A stretch of DNA of 64,000 nt from an uncultured Candidatus Rokubacteria bacterium (lineage in GTDB: Bacteria > Methylomirabilota > Methylomirabilia > Rokubacteriales > DASRDR01): assembly GCA_963708025.1 (NCBI GenBank), contig CAVPSB010000013.1, positions 256,001-320,000 of the forward strand, in the 5' to 3' direction. The notes under the pieces are model-generated. The model saw nothing but the letters and a program-made list of their open reading frames with translations, was not told where the DNA came from and made no database searches. A program made the position numbers and the translations under genes. Below, in pieces: positions 61,778 through 64,000 of this stretch (the stretch's first letter is position 1; each line of letters starts with the position of its first letter).

Positions 61778-62117
61778 GTGTGACTCCTCCGGGGCGGCTC
61801 GATCCGCATCCGCACGGGCGGCTCGAGCGAGACCCCTCCTGCCGTGGTGCCCGGAGGGACGGACGTGCCCCACCTGGCACCCGCCTCATCCGAATGCTAT
61901 TCTCAGAGAATGGTGGGGTTTAGCCGCGGCAGGCAGCTTGCTCCAGCGGCCACACATGCGCGCTCGACCTGGGCCGTGGCCACGAAGGAGCCTTCTGCCG
62001 TTCCGTGACGGAGCCATGCGCCATCGTTCTCCCGACGAGATCTTGGCACAGGGACCGGGCGGAAGTCCCGAGGGAATTCGCAAATTTCTCCAAAATGACC
62101 CCCCGGGGCCTGACGGC

Positions 62118-64000
62118 GTGATCGAGTTCCCGCCCTACCGGCTGGACCCGCGCTCGGGACGGCTGTGGCACGGCGACCGCCCGGTGGAACTGCGCCCCAA
62201 GGCCTGGGCGTTGCTGTGCTATCTGGCCGAGCGCCCCGGCGCTCTGGTCACCAAGGAGGAGCTGCACGCGGCCGTCTGGGGCGACACCGTCGTGTCGGAC
62301 GACACGCTGACGCAGACGCTCGGCGAGCTGCGCCGGGCGCTGCGGGACGATCCCCGGGCGCCTCGGGTGATCGAGACGGTCCACCGGCGGGGCGTTCGCT
62401 TCATCGCCAGGTTGCACGCGACCCCGGCCGACACCGCGGGAGCCGTGTCTGCCGTCGCTCCCGAACCCCTCCCGGGACCGGGATCTCCCGCCGCCCTGGT
62501 GGGGCGCGATACCGAGCTGGCGGCGCTCCGGGCCCTGTTCCGCAAGGCGTCCGCCGGCGAGCGCCAGGTGGTGCTCGTCCAGGGGGAGCCGGGCATCGGC
62601 AAGACCTCGCTCGTCGAGGCGTTCCTGGACGAGGTGCGGGCGGGGACCGGGGGTGTCCTCGTCGGCTATGGCCAGTGCGTGGAGCTACACGGGGAGCGCG
62701 AGCCCTACATGCCGGCCCTGGAGGCCCTGGAGCGGCTGAGCCAGGGATCGGCCGGCGACCGGCTGCTGCCGCTCCTGCGCGCGGTCGCCCCGAGCTGGCT
62801 GGCCCAGATGCCGTCGCTCCAGACGCCCGCCGACGCCGAGCGGCCGCGGCGCGGGGGCTCCGACACGACGCCGCACCGGATGCTGCGCGAGTTCGCGAGC
62901 CTGGTTGAAGCGGCCTCCGTCGACCACCCGCTGGTGCTCGTCCTGGAGGACCTGCACTCGAGCGACCGGGGGACCGTGGACCTGGTCTCCGTGCTCGCCC
63001 AACGGCCGCAGCGGGCGCGAGTGCTGCTCGTGGGCACCTATCGGCCGGCGCAGGCGGCCGCGCTCGATCACCCGTTCGCGCAGGTCGTCGCGACCCTGCG
63101 GGCGCGACGCCTGTGCACCAGCATCGCGCTCGAGTACCTGAGCCGGAGCGAGGTCACCGCGTACCTGCGGCGCCGCTTCCCGGGCTCGGGGGTGCCCGAC
63201 GACGTGGCCGCCTTCGTCCACGCCCACACGGACGGGAATCCGCTGTTCATGGCCAGGCTGGTGGACCATCTCCTGGATCGGGGGTGGCTGTTCGAGAACG
63301 GTGGCGTCTGGCGGCTGACCGCCCCCCTGGCCACCATCGAGCAGGACGTGCCGGACGACCTCCAGCAGCTCATCGAGGGGCAGCTGCGGCTCGTGTCACG
63401 GGCCGAGCGAGAGGTGCTCGAGGTCGCGAGCGTCGTCGGGGTGGTGTTCGATGCACCGGCGGTGGCCGCGGGGCTCGACGCCGCGCCCGAGGAGGTCGAG
63501 TCGCTCTGCGACCGGCTGTGTCGCCCACAACCCTGGCTCGAGCGCCTGGAGAGCGCTGCGTGGCCGGACGGCACGCCGGCGGGCCGCTACGGGTTCGGGC
63601 ACGCGCTCTACCAGCGCGTGCTCTACGACCGCCTCGCGCTCACCCGGCGCGCCGCCCTGCACCAGCGGATCGGCGAGCGGCTGGAGGCCGGGTACGCGGG
63701 CCGGATCACCGCCATCGCGGGCGGGCTGGCCGTGCATTTCCAGCGCAGCCGGGATCGAGGCCGCGCCGTCGGGTACCTGGAGCAGGCCGCGAGCCGAGCG
63801 TACGACCGCCTCGCCTACCGGGATGTCGTCGCGTGTCTCGAACCGGCTCTCCAGCTGCTCCGCGACCTGCCGGACACGCCGCACCGCGCCCGGGACGAGC
63901 TGCGACTGCGCCAGCTGTACAGCGTCGCGCTGTCCCAGACCGCCGGGTACGCGGCGGAGGCGTTGCTCGAGAACCTGACGCGCGCGCGAAGTCTCTGCGA
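62118..64000 (+). CDS. Winged-helix (OmpR/CadC-type) plus AAA ATPase transcriptional regulator; 3'-partial
   Basis: Open frame from GTG 62118 to the window edge (absent from the ORF track): FPPYRLD..LRPKAWALL.YL..PG.LVTKEEL..AVW..IETVHRRG.RF, LVGRDTEL, GEPGIGKT, LVLEDLH, DGNPLF. Confidence 0.88.
   Translation, partial: MIEFPPYRLDPRSGRLWHGDRPVELRPKAWALLCYLAERPGALVTKEELHAAVWGDTVVSDDTLTQTLGELRRALRDDPRAPRVIETVHRRGVRFIARLHATPADTAGAVSAVAPEPLPGPGSPAALVGRDTELAALRALFRKASAGERQVVLVQGEPGIGKTSLVEAFLDEVRAGTGGVLVGYGQCVELHGEREPYMPALEALERLSQGSAGDRLLPLLRAVAPSWLAQMPSLQTPADAERPRRGGSDTTPHRMLREFASLVEAASVDHPLVLVLEDLHSSDRGTVDLVSVLAQRPQRARVLLVGTYRPAQAAALDHPFAQVVATLRARRLCTSIALEYLSRSEVTAYLRRRFPGSGVPDDVAAFVHAHTDGNPLFMARLVDHLLDRGWLFENGGVWRLTAPLATIEQDVPDDLQQLIEGQLRLVSRAEREVLEVASVVGVVFDAPAVAAGLDAAPEEVESLCDRLCRPQPWLERLESAAWPDGTPAGRYGFGHALYQRVLYDRLALTRRAALHQRIGERLEAGYAGRITAIAGGLAVHFQRSRDRGRAVGYLEQAASRAYDRLAYRDVVACLEPALQLLRDLPDTPHRARDELRLRQLYSVALSQTAGYAAEALLENLTRARSLC

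Noticed and set aside
1-64000. Programmed frameshifting or stop-codon recoding as an explanation for the split genes
   Set aside because: The shifts share no slippery motif, fall at arbitrary positions and cluster regionally, which fits sequencing error better.

Overview
High-GC bacterial DNA; gene content and intergenic repeat style suggest Ca. Rokubacteria/Methylomirabilota (inference only). No rRNA, tRNA or CRISPR array was seen. Four blocks are present. (1) 1-13.4 kb is a PQQ locus: pqqBCDE plus a 27-aa pqqA missed by the ORF track, interleaved with two PQQ dehydrogenases that both carry the lanthanide-type D-x-D motif. One lacks the vicinal Cys-Cys and is followed by a small cytochrome c and a MoxJ/XoxJ-like protein. 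The other keeps Cys-Cys and is followed by a sulfocyanin-like blue-copper protein and a non-catalytic FGE-fold protein. An internally deleted IS abuts the pqqA promoter. (2) 13.5-33.5 kb holds hydrolases and hypotheticals, a RAPP-ending DUF2946-like leader ahead of a radical SAM gene and a ynjBCD-like ABC transporter, a TRAP transporter, dihydropyrimidinase, RidA, a Zn-dehydrogenase, MscS and a receiver protein. (3) 34-40 kb holds envelope proteins and an acyl-CoA dehydrogenase truncated at a VapBC module. (4) 40-64 kb is a minus-strand cluster that looks acid-resistance related: Orn/Lys/Arg decarboxylase, two AspT, AspD, OprD porin, RND pump, HdeD and an octaheme-TPR protein, with a divergent wHTH-AAA regulator. 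Many genes carry indels that are probably assembly errors. A recurring ~90-bp G-rich intergenic repeat and several gene relics are also present.
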